From: Octopus sinensis
Taxonomy: Eukaryota
Length of the DNA: 64,000 nt
Direction of reading: 5' to 3'
NCBI RefSeq assembly: GCF_006345805.1
Contig: NC_042998.1
Location: 183,210,001-183,274,000, forward strand
The notes below the pieces were generated by a model. It ran no database searches and was not told the DNA's origin. It worked only from the letters and a program-made list of their open reading frames with translations. The position numbers were made by a program, and so were the translations under genes. Shown here one piece after another: positions 23,678 to 38,600 of this stretch (its first letter is position 1; each line of letters starts with the position of its first letter).

Positions 23678-26552
23678 TACTAAATAGAATCTCAAATCAA
23701 TTTCAGCATTTACACATCCAGTTGTTCAGTCAACTGGACAACCTGCACATTGAATTAACATGCAAAGTGCGTAAGTATTCCACAGATACATTTATCTTTA
23801 ATCTAATTCTCGGGCAGAATCATTATGATACAAGTGCATCATGGCTAGATGTTTGGCTTACAGGTATACTCCATCTGACAGGCTTCTATACAATTTGCAT
23901 TTATCCAAATTCACCCAGAGGCTATGGTTAATGCATCTACCAAAGATGCCACACAGTGGGAAAAACTCATTTTTAGAAATTTTTGCAGAAAAATCAGATA
24001 TTACTGTAAATCTCACTTTCTTTGACATACAAGACCTCTGAACTGAGACTGCATTAAAAAATTTAATTTCTCCAAGATATAAACATATTTTCTTCATCCA
24101 ATCTTGTTTCCTACCTCCCTCTTTCTTGTTCTCCAATACATTCTTGCAAACATTCTAGTTCCTCGGTCCCCTCTCACTTCTACTCATCTCATACCTTGAG
24201 GGGGTCACCTGGACACTTCATCACCACTCATCATCTCTTTGCAGCTCCATCTTCTTTTAAATGTGAGTTGCCATGTAGCTCCTTAACAACATAAACCTGC
24301 TATGTCCCCTTCTCTCATACTTTAACCCTTTCGATACCAACCCGGCTGAAACCATCTCTGGTTCTGTAGTGCAAATGTCTTGTTTTCAAAAGTTCTTTAA
24401 TTAAAACCTTCCACCAAACCTAAGTCACAATTTATGTTCCTAACACTAGCTTAATGATAACAAAGTTTCTTTTACTAAATTCTTTGTTATATTTAAAGTA
24501 ATTGAAAGAAACACAGAGCATCTCAGCAGAAATATGGTAACAAAAGGGTTAATCCCTCATCTCTTAGCATAAAGCCGCTCTTTCTCCCCTGCATGACAAC
24601 CTAGTACCAGTGTCAAAAAAAAGCACCCTGCATATGCTGTGAAGTAGCTGGTGTTGAGAACATCCAACCATAGAAATCCTGCCAAAGCAGACACTGCAGC
24701 ATGGTGTAAGCCTTGGACTTATTGGACCCTGTCAAATCCTCCAACTCATACTAGCACAAAACATGGACAATAACGGTAGCACACTGTGCCGGTGGCATGT
24801 AAAAAGCACCCACTACACTCACGGAGTGGTTGGTGTTAGGAAGGACATCCAGCTGTAGAAACACTGCCAGATCAGACTGGAGCCTGGTGCAGCCTCCTGG
24901 CTTCCCAGATCCCGGTCGAACCGCCCAACCCATGCTAGCATGGAAAACGGACGTTAAACGATGATGATGATGACATTCAAAAGACATGTCTTCTTAGTAT
25001 TTATAGACTGACATCATTAAGATACAGAGAATAAAAATCAATGGAATTATACTTAAACAATGTTAGGCTAATTTAAGCATTGCAGACTTCAGAATATATA
25101 GAGGATATCCTTCTAATGAAGTGAGGAATAAATACAGAAAATCATATGCAAAGACTTACAGATTTTACTGTTTCAAGAGACATACGTGAGGCATGGCTAA
25201 CTTCTTTAGAAACTTCTCCTGGAATCTAAAGTAAGAAGAAAAAAGACAAACATTTATTAGGGAAGCAACAATATTGAAGCATTAGTTTCTAATAAAAATA
25301 TAAATAATTATTTTACTTCGTTTTTGGATTTGGTTTGCAAGATTCTTTATATGAGTTCGTGTGTTGAAGCATATTCTGTTGTGTCTGGGGAGAGTCATTT
25401 TCTTTTTGTGCCTTATAATGTAACACACTCCCCGGTAAAATTTCCACTTTTTTCTTATTTTTATTTTCCTAAAATTTTTGTAGTGTCTTGAAACCTTTTC
25501 AATAGTCTTCAAGGCACAAAAAAAAATTACTCTCCCCAGACACAACAGAATAATTATTTTACATTTTAGTTTAAAACAAACATATACCAGTATAATTTCC
25601 TCCCTATAAGTTCTTTCAAAATGAAAATTAAAACATGACTGGAATATTGGAGTTTTAACTGTTATTTAGTAGTCACAACTTTTAGATGTTATATGAATTT
25701 CATAAAGAAAATGTGAAGACATTCTTGTCATTCTATCAATACAAGTAATATTGATTATCTATAATGTTTCTAGAGATTTCTGAAGAACTACATAAGAACA
25801 TTTATATATTCATTCATTTCCTAAGAGCATTTGCATCTTTAATGAAATTGCTACACCTGTGAATCAAAATTAGGTCACATGCAGTTCAATAAAAAAAAAA
25901 ACTGATATATTCAATAACATTTATTCTTTTATCTTCTTAATCTATATATTGATACAATAGTCTGTTCCTACCTATCTTCTGCATCTGAGAGAAAGTAAGG
26001 AAAAAAGAATGAGAAAACTCTTTCTTTCTATCCAGAATGTAACATCATATACTCTTACCAACACAAACAAGCCTTCAGCATACTTTGGCCACTAAACTTT
26101 ACACATTTTTTTTCCAAAATTCTTCTTACCATTTCTAATAAATAAGTTTAACAAATTCCAACTTTGCATAAAACCAATTTACCTGTAATTCTGTTTCTTC
26201 ATATTCTTTATCAAGTTCTTCTTCCCTTTCCTGAAAAGTTAAAGATCAGAGTTTAGAAGATGGGTAGTGTAAGAAAATAATTGAATTATTTAAGGTAAGT
26301 GGATAAAATTATGTGCATATTTCTATGTATACAAATAAAATTTATCCCTATTAATCCTTCCCATCCTCTCACCTTCCTATTATTCATCCCTTCATCATTC
26401 TTCTAAATACTGCATTTTTCTGCTGCTGTAATTAAATGAACGCAGAACTTTTTTACTTGTTTCAGTCATTTGACTGCGGCCATGCTGGAGCACCACTAAG
26501 TTACGGGGACGTAAACATACTGGCATCGGTTGTCAAGCGATGTTGGGGGGCA

Positions 26553-26604
<52 letters not shown>

Positions 26605-29600
26605 CACATATATATACGATGGACTTCTTTCAGTTTCCGTCTGGTCGGCCCAAGGCTATAGTAATAGACACTTGCCCAAGGTGCCACGCAGTGGGACTGA
26701 ACCTGGAACCATGTGGTTAGTAAGCAAGCTACTTACCACACTGCCACTCCTACGCCTACCAAGTTTTAACCCTTTTCTGTTCTACCAACACTCATCTCAT
26801 CCTTAACACCCTTTCATATCTGCTATCAACAATTACCACTCCACCTTTGCCACTCACTAGCAACTTTTACCCACCTATTCCAAGTCATTATCTCCCTATC
26901 TCTTATCTACCTACAGTTTATTCTGCAGCTCTTCACCCTTTTTGTACTATCTCCTATCTCCTCCTCTGTACTGAGCTACTTTTGTTTCTGATCACCTCCC
27001 AATCCAACTCATATCTACCATCAGTCACATCCCCACCTTTGTTTACCATTCATAACACTCACCCCCATCCATCTCTCACTCTCCCTCCACATTCTTGCAA
27101 ACTTTACCCACCCACCCTTCCTGATCTTGTCCCCACTCTTCTACATACCCTCCTGAAGGTACACCTAGACACATCATCACCATCAGCTTTACCTCTTTTC
27201 CCAGCTCCATACAAATTACTCCCACCCTTATATAATGTCAAGTAGCCATGTATTTCCCTTCAGCAAGAAACCTGTTCCCATCCATCTATCATTCTTTAGC
27301 ATAAAACCATCTCCCTCTACTATACTTCCACTCAGTCAGTGAGTTACATGACAACCTCACAACTTCACTAGTACTTGTGCCACACAAAAAAAATCACCTA
27401 GTACAATCTATAAACTGGCTGGCATTAAGAAAAGCATTTAAATATAGAAATCATGCCAAGAAGGCATCAGAATTTGATAGTATTCCAACTCATCAGATCC
27501 TGTCAAATCATTCAGCCTTTGCCAGCAAGGCAGATGAACATTAAATGATAATGACGATATATATTGCAGACTGGTCTCATGCCGGTGACACGTAAAAAAA
27601 GCACCATCCGTTCGTGGCTGTTTGCCAGACTCGTCTGGCACTACCATCCGTTCGTGGCCGTTGCCAGCGCCGCCCCGACTGGCCTCATGCCGGTGGCACG
27701 TAAAAAGCACCATCCGTTCGTGGCCGTTGCCAGCGCCGCCCCAACTGGCCTCATGCCGGTGGCACGTAAAAAGCACCATCCATTCGTGGCCGTTGCTAGC
27801 CTCGCCTGGCCCCCGTGCTGGTGGCACATAAAAAGCACCATCCGTCCGTGGCCGTTTGCCAGCTCCGTCTGGCACCTGTGCGGGTGGCACGTAAAAAGCA
27901 CCCACTACACTCACGGAGTGGTTGGCATTAGGAAGGGCATCAAGCTGTAGAAACACTGCCAGATCAGACTGGGCCTGATGCAGCCTTCTGGCTTCACAGA
28001 CCCCAGTTGAACTGTCCAACCCATGCTAGCATGGAAAGCGGACGCTAAAAAAATTTTAAAAAAAGAAAGAAAGAAAGAAAGAAAGAAAGAAGGTGTTTAT
28101 AAGCCATTTAAGAAACACACAAAAACCGTTAGATTCACTTCAACATTTAAATTTTAATTTGTCAAAATATTTTCGTCGCTTTGAGACCGCGACCTGTTCA
28201 TTGACAAAACTTCGTGCTGCTGTGTTTCTTAAATGGCTTACAAACACCTTCCACACTGCAATTGATTTCGTTCCAGCACATGATCTCAGATCAAGTCACT
28301 CGCTATGCAAGTACATCTCCGATGATATATATCTTTTAAAGAAAAAATGCTTACCATTTCCTTTTCTTCATCTGGTATAACTATTTCTTCTGTCTTTTCC
28401 CACAGACGTATTGATTTGTCGTGTGATGCTGACACAAGAAAATTACTACTAGGGCTGATAGCTAAACAACGTATTTGATCTTGGTGACCCTAAAAACAAG
28501 ATAAACACAGATATTAAAATATTTGTAACATTGTAAAAGTCTTAAATGCAATATATTTGTAGAGAGTGAGTATTGATTTCAACGAGACACTTAGTAAAAT
28601 GGTTACAAGAGAGTAAATGTTACAGAAAATGTTCTTTTCGGTTTTGGGGCACAATAACACTAAATGGAATAAATTGCAGTGGAAATAAATGGAAACATTT
28701 AAATGGTTTTATTCCACAAAAAAATAAGTTGAAAGTAAGATTAATTCAAAGAATGATTACCTGTAATGTTAAAATTGGCAGGAAGTGATCTCCATCCCAT
28801 TGCCGGATTTTTTTATCTTTCCCACAGGAGAAAAACATATGCGTGTTTGGAATGAATTTAACACAAGTGACACTGAAAGATAAGAACCATAAGCTACTGA
28901 ACAAAGTGTAAAATATCTATGCAATATAAAAACTGGTAAAATTGTTTCGTCATCATCATCGTTTAACATCCGCTTTCCATGCTAGCATGGGTTGGATAGT
29001 CCGACTGGGGTCTGGGAAGCCCGAAGTCTGCACCAGGCCCAGTCAGATCTGGCAATGTTTCTACAGCTGGATGCCCTTCCTAATGCCAACCACTCCATGA
29101 GTGTAGTGGGTGCTTTTTACATGCCACTGACACAGGTGCCAGACGAGGCTGGCGAACGGCCACACTCGGATGGTGCTTTTTACGTGCCACCGGCACGGTT
29201 TATTACAGATATATTCGGTTTTTTTTTCTTTTAATTGTTTCAGTCATTTGACTGCGGCCATGCTGGAGCACCGCCTTTAGTCGAGCAAATCGACCCCAGG
29301 ACTTATTGTTTGTAAGCCTAGTACTTATTCTATCGGTCTCTTTTGCCGAACTGCTAAGTTACGGGGATGTAAACATACCAGCATCGGTTGTCAAGCGATT
29401 TGGGGGGGGGGGGGACAAACACAGACGCAAATATATGACGGGCTTCTTTCAGTTTCCATCTACCAAATCCACTTACAAGGTTTTGGTCAGCCCGAGGCTA
29501 TAGTAGAAGACACTTGCCCAAGGTGCCACGCAGTGGGACTGAACCTGGAACCATGTGGTTGGTAAGCAAGGTTTCTTAACATATATACTATTATCATGTA

Positions 29601-32600
29601 GCTCCTCTACAACAAGAACCTGTTCCCCTACCTTCTCTCATGCTTTATCCCCTCATCAGGTTTTGTAGTCTTGCAAGCTGCATGGTGACCTCATTAGTGT
29701 CAATGGCATGAAAAATGCATTCAGTACATGGTTGGCATTAGGAAGGGAATTCAACTGTAGAAACCCTGCCAAAATAGACACTGGCACACGATGCAGTCCT
29801 TGGACCCATCAGATACTGTAAAGTGTCCAACTGATGCTAGCACAGAACATGAATGTTAAATGATGATAATATCTTTGGGAGTAAAGGGGAATATAAATAG
29901 ACTGGAACACAAATACATAATATGAATAAATATATATATACTAAGAATTTTTTGCGTAGTGAGATAAAAACCAAAGCTAAATGCTCTAATATTTATACAG
30001 CCTTGGTTTTTTTTTATCTCATTATGCAAAAAATTCATATATACACACACGTTGACATAGAACCGACGTTGAACCCTTTATTCGCAATATTACCAAATCT
30101 GGAACTTAACTATGGTCTGTCTATAGCATTTATTCAGCATTACCTGACACCTTTGGGTCTCAATGACACCATCATCTCTTATAACCTGAACTTCTCGCTG
30201 TATATATACTTTATTCTTACTTACAATGGACGGATAAGTGTCCTCACCTTCTTTGTTATCACAATGTTCTGGCTGATGTACTCTCCAGCCAAAAATAAAA
30301 GTATTATTCAGGAAAAAAATTTAACCTGAAGGAAAAATCAGCAAAATAGTTGCCATTTCTTACCTGCCATCATGTGCAAAAAGTGACTTGTGGCAGTCAC
30401 CAAAGTCTGAGCCCCATAATTTGACATCTCTATCTGCTGAACCAGTAACAATCAACTCACTATCAGATGAAACATCCAGACACAGCACAGGCATACTGTG
30501 TCCATAGAGTGAAACAAAGAACTAAAAGAAAAAAAGAAAGAAAATACCAAATGAATAAACATGAAAAGTTTGACATTTCATAAAGAGTAAAAATTGCTAA
30601 TTCAGAATTCTTGAAAAGAAATATTGTAAACTATAAATTCAATGTAAAAAATATGGTTATGGTGAATGAAAAGCTAAAAAATTTTTAAAGATAGAACCAT
30701 AGTTATATTACAAAAATAGTAGTTTTTAAAATGTAATTTTATCTTCTTTAGACCTTATTTTAAACTGTGATTTCAGGCTATACGGAAACTATTTCAATTA
30801 ATTCTACTTTTTGCCATTAACCTTGCAGGTGATTAGATACCAGATGAGAGAATGCTACCTACATTAATTCGATGTCCAATACATAAAAAGTTTTGTCCCA
30901 CATCTATTTAACACTGCAGAATGTTAAACTAAGTAAAGATATTGATATAAAACAGGGGTTGCAGTGAGTAATAAAAGACAATGGTTAGGGGTTGTACTCG
31001 CACCACAAGCTATCAAAATATTTGTCAATGATAATGTATCCACTAACTACAACATAATTTATTTACAAAAATTAACAAAAGTAACAGAACACACTTATAC
31101 AATGCTCCCTCTCGCTATAGCAGTAAGACCGACCTTTTCATGACATTTATATTTGCAACTAGATAGATAGAAGGATGGAGGGGAGGAGGAGGTCTTTCAT
31201 TGAGAGTTAATTATGATTTAGCAAGTCAACAGTGGAGTTCCACTGATTCAATTCAACTCTGAAAATTCTCATTGTTAATTAAAAGCAAAAATATAGCCTT
31301 ACCTTTAATGAGTCAGTATAAAATAATTTAGCTGTATTGTCCATGAGAGCAACACACACCAACCGGTTATCAGGACTAGACAAGTAAAATTCAGAAAAAA
31401 TGAAAATTAGATGACAATTTGCAATACATTTTTTTTAGTTTTAAGACAACTGTAGACAACATTTGCTATTATTATTTCATTAAGAAAGGCCTTAGCCAAA
31501 TACAATTGTTACCCAGCTGTTCTAGCAATTTGATAATACTCCCTACTACCACCTTCTTTCCAAGTTTTCCAACCCTGTCTCTTAGCCCTTGCTACTAGAT
31601 CAACTGTGTCATTCAACCATCATGCTATCTTTGGAATCGCTAGGACTTCTTTGCCCAGGTAGCACGTTTAATCTGTAGCACTAAGCAGGTAATTTCATAG
31701 AAATTCTCATGCTATGCATATTGAGATCTTTCTCCTTACAGTCATACGTGTCATCATCATCATCATTTAACGTCCGCTTTCCATGCTAGCATGGGTTGGA
31801 CGATTTGACTGAGGGCTGGCAAACCAGATGGCTGCACCAGGCTTCAATCTTGATCTGGCAGAGTTTCTACAGCTGGATGTCCTTCCTAATGCCAGCCACT
31901 CCAAGAGTGTAGTGGATGTTTTTACATGCCACCGGCACAGGGCCAGTCAGGTGGTTCTGGCAACAACCTCGCTCGAATCTTTTGCACATGCCACCAGCAC
32001 AGGTGCTAGTAAGGTGATGCTGGTAATGATCACGCTCGAATGGTGTCTTTTACGTGCCACCGGCACGGGGGCCAGATAGCCACTCTGGCAACGATCATGC
32101 TTGGATGGTGCTCTTTAAGGCGATGCTGGTAACGATCACACTCAAATGGTGCCTTTTAAGTGCCACTGCCACAGAAGCCGGTTAGCCGCTCTGTCAATGG
32201 TGAATAAACAACTGAGTGCAAATGTCTCAATTTAATTAGCAGCAACAACAGCAAAAATATCCTATATGTGTATAAAAAAATGGATGGAAATCAATAAAGA
32301 AAAAATAGGAAAAATATGGAAAAACACATCACTAAATTTTATATGATTCAAATATAATCAAAAATGTACACACACACACTCAGACATATATCAACCCATC
32401 CAAGTGTAAAAAAAAAAGACATAAAATGCTGATATATATAGAAATTATACGAACCTGTACTTGACAGCCAGAACAACTTCATCCATCTGCAAAGTTCTCT
32501 GATGTTCCAAGGTCAGTTGTTTTCTGAAAAGAAAAAGGTTATTCAAGATGACAAAAACAATCAATAACAAAGAAAAAAACAAAGAAATCAAAAAAGAAAA

Positions 32601-35600
32601 GTCTATCTGTTATTTATGTGTCAAAAAAATATTGTGAGCAAGCCATTATCATCACCATCATCAGTTAATGTTTGTATTCCATGCTGAAGTTCAATGATCC
32701 TGCCAAACCAGAAAGTTGTGTTGAACTCATCATCATTGCTTAACGTCTGTTTTCCATGCTAGCATGGGTTGGACGGTTCGACCAGGGTCTGGGAAGCCAG
32801 GTGGCTGCACCAGGCTCCAATTTGATCTGGCAGTGTTTCTACAGCTGGATGCCCTTCCTAATGCCAACCACTCCATGAGTGTAGTGGGTGCTTTTTACGT
32901 GCCACCAGCACAGACGATGCTGGCAACGACTAAGATCGGTTGGTGCTTTTTAGGTGCTAATGGCACGGAAGCTAGTCGAGGCGGTGCTCTGCAATGATGT
33001 TGCACAAAACTTTTTCCAAAAGTGTACACCAGTAAATGGGCACTGGCATAGCAGCATGGTTGAGAAGCTCACTTTACAACCATGTTGTTCCAGGTTTGAT
33101 CCAAATACAAAGCACCTTGGGTGTTTTCTACAATATTCACATTTTTTTACATAAATTGAAACCTCAGAGTTGACTTTACATTTCATTAGTCTGGGGTCAA
33201 TGAAGTAAGTACCAGTCATGTAATGGAGTTAAATTCAATCAACTATGCCTTTTCCCATCGAATGGGTGGCCTTGAAACAAAAGTAATTCTTAAAATTAAT
33301 GTCCTAATAAACCAAGTCTGTGTCCAAGTTTTATTCTTCAAGTGAATGTCTAAAAACAGAAAAGTTATGGCATAAATGATATATAATTTATTAACGGCAG
33401 TATAGAATTCAAATCCTAATACTAGAAAAACCTGATGTTCTAAGGGAAGATAGTCTGATGGTGATGTCGTGGAGGTAGGATGATGATTAAGAATAAATTA
33501 CAGTCTTATGACTTACCTTGGCTGTTCATTCTCAGAACTGAGAACTAACCATTCAAATGTCCAAAATTTGATATTCTTATCTGCACCTCCAGAACAAATG
33601 CCATTCTGAAAATAATATTTCAATACAATTGAAGAATATGAGGAGTGTTGTTTAAATACTAAATAAAAATATACATAACAATATATTAAGAACACCATCC
33701 GAGCGTGATCATTATCAACATCGCTTCACTGGCACCTGTGCTGGTGGCATATGTGAAAAGATTCGAGCGAGGTCGTTGCCAGTACCGCCTGCCTGGCCCC
33801 CATGCCGGTGGCACGTAAAAAGCACCCACTACACTCTCGGAGTGGTTGGCATTAGGAAGGGCATCCAGCTGTAGAAACTCTGCCAGATCAAGATGGGAGC
33901 CTGGTGCAGCCATCTGGTTTGCCAGCCCTCAATCAAAATCGTCCAACCCATGCTAGCAGGGAAAGCGGACATTAAACGATGATGATGATTGTCACTTATC
34001 ATCTCCTCCTTGCTGACCCATTCCTTTTTCCTTCACCTTCTACCCAAACTGATATTCACCAATGATCATGATTCTTTCCCTGTTTGCCATTTTGCATCAC
34101 CTACACTCCCACCCAAAAGATCAGTCACATGCCTCATATTCTCACAACTATGTACCTACCTCCCACGCATTTACCCTCTTGTACCTTGAGGGCACATCCT
34201 GACAATTTATCCCCACCATCTTCTCTCCTTTTCCAGCTGAATAGCATGTATCTCCTCCACAGCAAGAGGCCTGTTCCTATCCCTTCACCACACTCTTGCC
34301 TCCCGACACCTTCCATAACCCATCCCTCAATCAAAGGGTCTTGTGTTACAAGTTGGTGACCTCATTAATGCCAGTTAAAACTTAAAAACAGTGAAGATGA
34401 ATTGTCAATGACATACAAAGCCCAATCTGATTTTATTGATATTTCAGACAACTAAAGTGAGTTGGCAGAATCATTAACATACCAGACCAAATGTTGCTAA
34501 GCATTTGGTCTGGCATGCTATAGCCCAGGACTATCTGACAAAACACTTGCCCAAGGTGCCATGCAGTAGGACCGAACCCAAAACCATGCCTGGTTTCTAA
34601 AACAAAATTCTTAACTACACAGCTATACTTACGCCTACACATTTCCTTTTTTGCTTGCTGGCTCTAGAGGAAGGAGCAGTGCCTGTGGCCTACACAATCC
34701 TTCCTCAACCAGTGAGGCTGATGCCATAAATGTTCCACTTAAAACTTTCCAAATCAACAACTGCAGGAAAAGAATTCCAGAGAAATGTTCTGAGAAGGAA
34801 GGAGTGGGTGTAGTGATTAGTGTGGGATCAGAGAAGATGAGACACAATTATGGTGATGAGAGAAGGGATGAGTTAGATGGGAGTGCTCAACTGAATGTGG
34901 CATAATGCCAGCCAGCTCTAAGAAGTAAAGGCCATTACAATAACAGCAGAAGAGGCACAGAGAGAGGAGACAGCAACCTGTGAGACAGATGCTGGAGTAT
35001 GTATTATAAATTAGTTCAACAAAAGAGACTGATAGAATAAGTACTAGGCTTACAAAGAATAAGTCCTGGGGTCAATTTCTTCGACTAAAACCATTAAGGC
35101 ATGCTCCAGTATGGCCAGTCAAATGACTGAAACAATGAAACAAGTAAAGGAATAAAGGAATATATATCCATGGAACTGTGTGTGAAACAGTGTATATATG
35201 TGTCTATAAAATATCAATGGCCACATCATTTTAAATTTCCTCGTAAGTATAGGGGTGGATTTTTTAAAAAATGATAAAATAATTCCAACATTACCTTGTC
35301 TGGAGATAAGCTTATACTCCAAACTGGTCCGCTATGGGCATCAAAGGTGTTTAGTAATGAAGCTGTTGCAATTTCAAATAGCTGCAGTGTTCCTGACTAG
35401 AAATGAAGGAAGTAAAATATAAAGTTGTACAAATAAACAAAACACACACAATCAGATCAAGCAAGTAAAAACAGATGCTGTTGTTCAATCCTAGATTGTC
35501 TCTGATTGAGCAGAATTATGATCAAAGGCATTCTAACTATGACCATCCAGTCTTTTTAGGGAGTATCTAAGATGACATTATCCCATGCGCCCATCTTTTT

Positions 35601-38600
35601 TTAAGATGGTAAATTGTGGATATTTGGCTGTTATTTCTAGAAGGTCAAGCAACTGGTGTAACAGAGACAGATATATGACCAAGAAGGGCAGATAAGAGAG
35701 ACAAGCCTGTCCTAGCATCTTTCTGTTCAAAATCACCATGTATTTTAAAATTAGTTCTGTTTTTTTTTATGGATGTAAAAGAAAGTGAGTGTGCATGTAT
35801 GTCTATTAAATACACTATTCATGAAAGAAGCCAAAAGAGCTGGCTCTTAATCACTCAACCATTCTTTTTACATAGCTTAGTCAGAGCATCATTCATTTGT
35901 AGTAAATTTATAATACAAAGCCACATATTTAAATTACTCTTTTTATGATTGGTATTTTTGGCTGCAGAAGAATAAAAAGGTAAAAGTGAACAAAGGATAT
36001 AAAAGGATAAATCAAATTGAAATCTAATAGAATTAAACAATAGAGATCTTTACCTTTGTTCCAACAACACATAAACGGTCTCCTGGGAGGAAAAGGCAGC
36101 AGAGAGCATATTCACAGTCCATTGTTGCTATACATTGTAAATAAGATCTAAAACAATAAAAGAATTAGCAATAATTATGTATGCATGAATTATGCATAAT
36201 TATGTTTTTCACATGACATCCAACACAAAATATTATTATCACTAAAATAAATATAACAGGAGGTATATTTATATAATATTGACAGGAAGGGCATCAAGCT
36301 GTGGAAAATCTGTCTTGTGCAAGCATCAAAAAGTGGATATTAGAAACAATAGTAATGGCTGAACATATTCAGTGTATCATCATCATCATCGTTTAACGTC
36401 CGCTTTCCATGCTAGCATGGGTTGGACGGTTCAACTGGGGTCTGGCAAGCCCGAAGGCTGCACCAGGCCAGTCAGATCTGGCAGTGTTTCTACAGCTGGA
36501 TGCCCTTCCTAACGCCAACCACTCCGAGAGTGTAGTGGGTGATTTTATGTGCCACCGACACAGGTGCCAGACGAGGCTGGCAGACGGCCACGCTCGGATG
36601 GTGTTTTTTATGTGCCACCGACACAGGTGCCAGACGAGGCTGGCGAACGGCTACGATCGGATGGTGTTTGTTACGTGCCCACAGCACGGAGGCCAGTCGA
36701 TGCGGTACTGGCTAAGGTCCCGTTCGGATGGTTTTCATAATACAGAATAAAAAATGGTTTTATCAGAAATATTCTCAAATTAAGTGACACTCATTTTTAT
36801 AGTTTATTATCGGAGTGGTTGGTGTTAGGAAGGGCATCCAGCTGTAGAAACTCTGCCAGATCAAGATTGGAGCCTGGTGCAGCCATCTGGTTCGCCAGCC
36901 GTCAGTCAAATCGTCCAGCCCATGCTAGCATGGAAAGCGGATGTTAAACGATAATTATGATGATGATGATTATGCAAATTAATTTTTTTTGTTTTTAAAC
37001 TTACTTCATTGAAAAGATTTTAAATTCTCTTTTTATTCACATATTATCTGAATCATAAATGATTAATGTTAACTCATGAGTATACTCTTGTTTCTAAATT
37101 GATGCCATTGAACACCCAATACATTTTATATTATGCAATCATGAATTCTGAATCAAAGTCATGTATTTTACTCCAACCATGGTTTAACAGACTGAGGGTT
37201 ATTCTGATAGATTAAGGGATTTTATCTATAAATACAAGTCAATGCTTTTGACACAGTTTGAATCTACAAGTTTTACACCTGCATTATAATAATTAAAAAA
37301 AACTTATTACCGATCCCAGACTTTGACTGAATCAGCACTGGCAGAAAGGATAGCAGTATTATCTGAGCTGAAAGATAGCGCCCGGATCTCAGTATGGTGA
37401 CCTTGTGTTTCTAAGACCTCTCTTTCTGGTATTCCCTGTTCACTACTATTGATATCAATGTTATACCATGACAAGGTATTGTTGGATGATAAACACACAA
37501 TCTGAAAAACATACAATTTTTTTTTATTATGTAAATTTTATAAATCCCTTTGCTAATCCTTAATATTTATCACAACTCCCAAAATAACACATTTATATTT
37601 CTAATCCTACTCAACATAGTTTCATTTATATATAAATTTTAAACAAAGTAAAAGGCACTAATATCAGAAATAAACATATGAAAAACATTTTTTCTTTTGT
37701 TATGTCACTGTCTTTTCTATTATAATTCCATTCACATCTTGGATGCCTCAGAACTCAACATTGCAAGCAAACAAATGCCTATTACAGGTGAACTGAGCCT
37801 TTTGGGACATAGTGTCTTAAAATCTTGTATGGTGAAGAAAGGATATGGAATATGGGTTATCCAGTATGCTGTCCACCCAGCAATCTCTACTTAACCTTTT
37901 CGTTACCATATTTATTTTGAGACGCCCTGTGTTTCTTTCAATTAATTTTAAATATAATAAAGAATTCAGTAAAATAACTTAGTTATCATTAAGCTAATGT
38001 TAGGAACATAAATTATGACTAGGATTTGGTGGAAGATTTTAATTCAAAACTTATGAGAACAAGACATTTGTACTACAGAGCCAGGAGCAGTTTCAGGCAG
38101 GTTGGTATTGAAAGGGTTAAATATGTTGACATAAAACAAAAAAAAAAAACAATAACTTGGTCTCATGTAAGAGATTTATTTATTTATCTATTTGAGGAAA
38201 TGAGGTTGTGAGTTACTGGCGCCTTTTTTTCAAAGACATTCTTAGAAACAGACTTTGAACAGCTGCAACTAGAAATCAAAACTAATCATGATTTGCTCTA
38301 CCAGGACACTTCCTCTATTCTACAATATAAAACAAATATTTTAGAATAAGGAAGATGAGGAGGTAGAAATGATGATGACAATGGCCTAGTTAAGTTATAT
38401 CTTCCTAATCATCTGCAACATCTTCCATATCATCATAAGCTATTCATTTTAATCACACTTCTAATAAACTAAAATGACAAAGGAAGTAATAATTATACCT
38501 TTAGGATATTTTTGTCCAAGAAACAGTCAAAACTATGTCCTTTTTGGGTTATTTTAAAGCTGCTAATTTTCTTGAAGATATCTTTTAATGCTATTAAAGG

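Noticed and set aside
26780-27330. Pyrimidine-rich 132-aa ORF (similar tracts at 24100-24310, 33990-34330, and reversed at 17950-18200)
   Set aside because: It looks like an ancient degenerate repeat family. The Pro/Leu/Ser/His-rich translation reflects base composition.
29922-30329. 135-aa plus-strand ORF antisense to WDR3
   Set aside because: AT-rich low-complexity composition, no recognisable domain, and no supporting splice structure.
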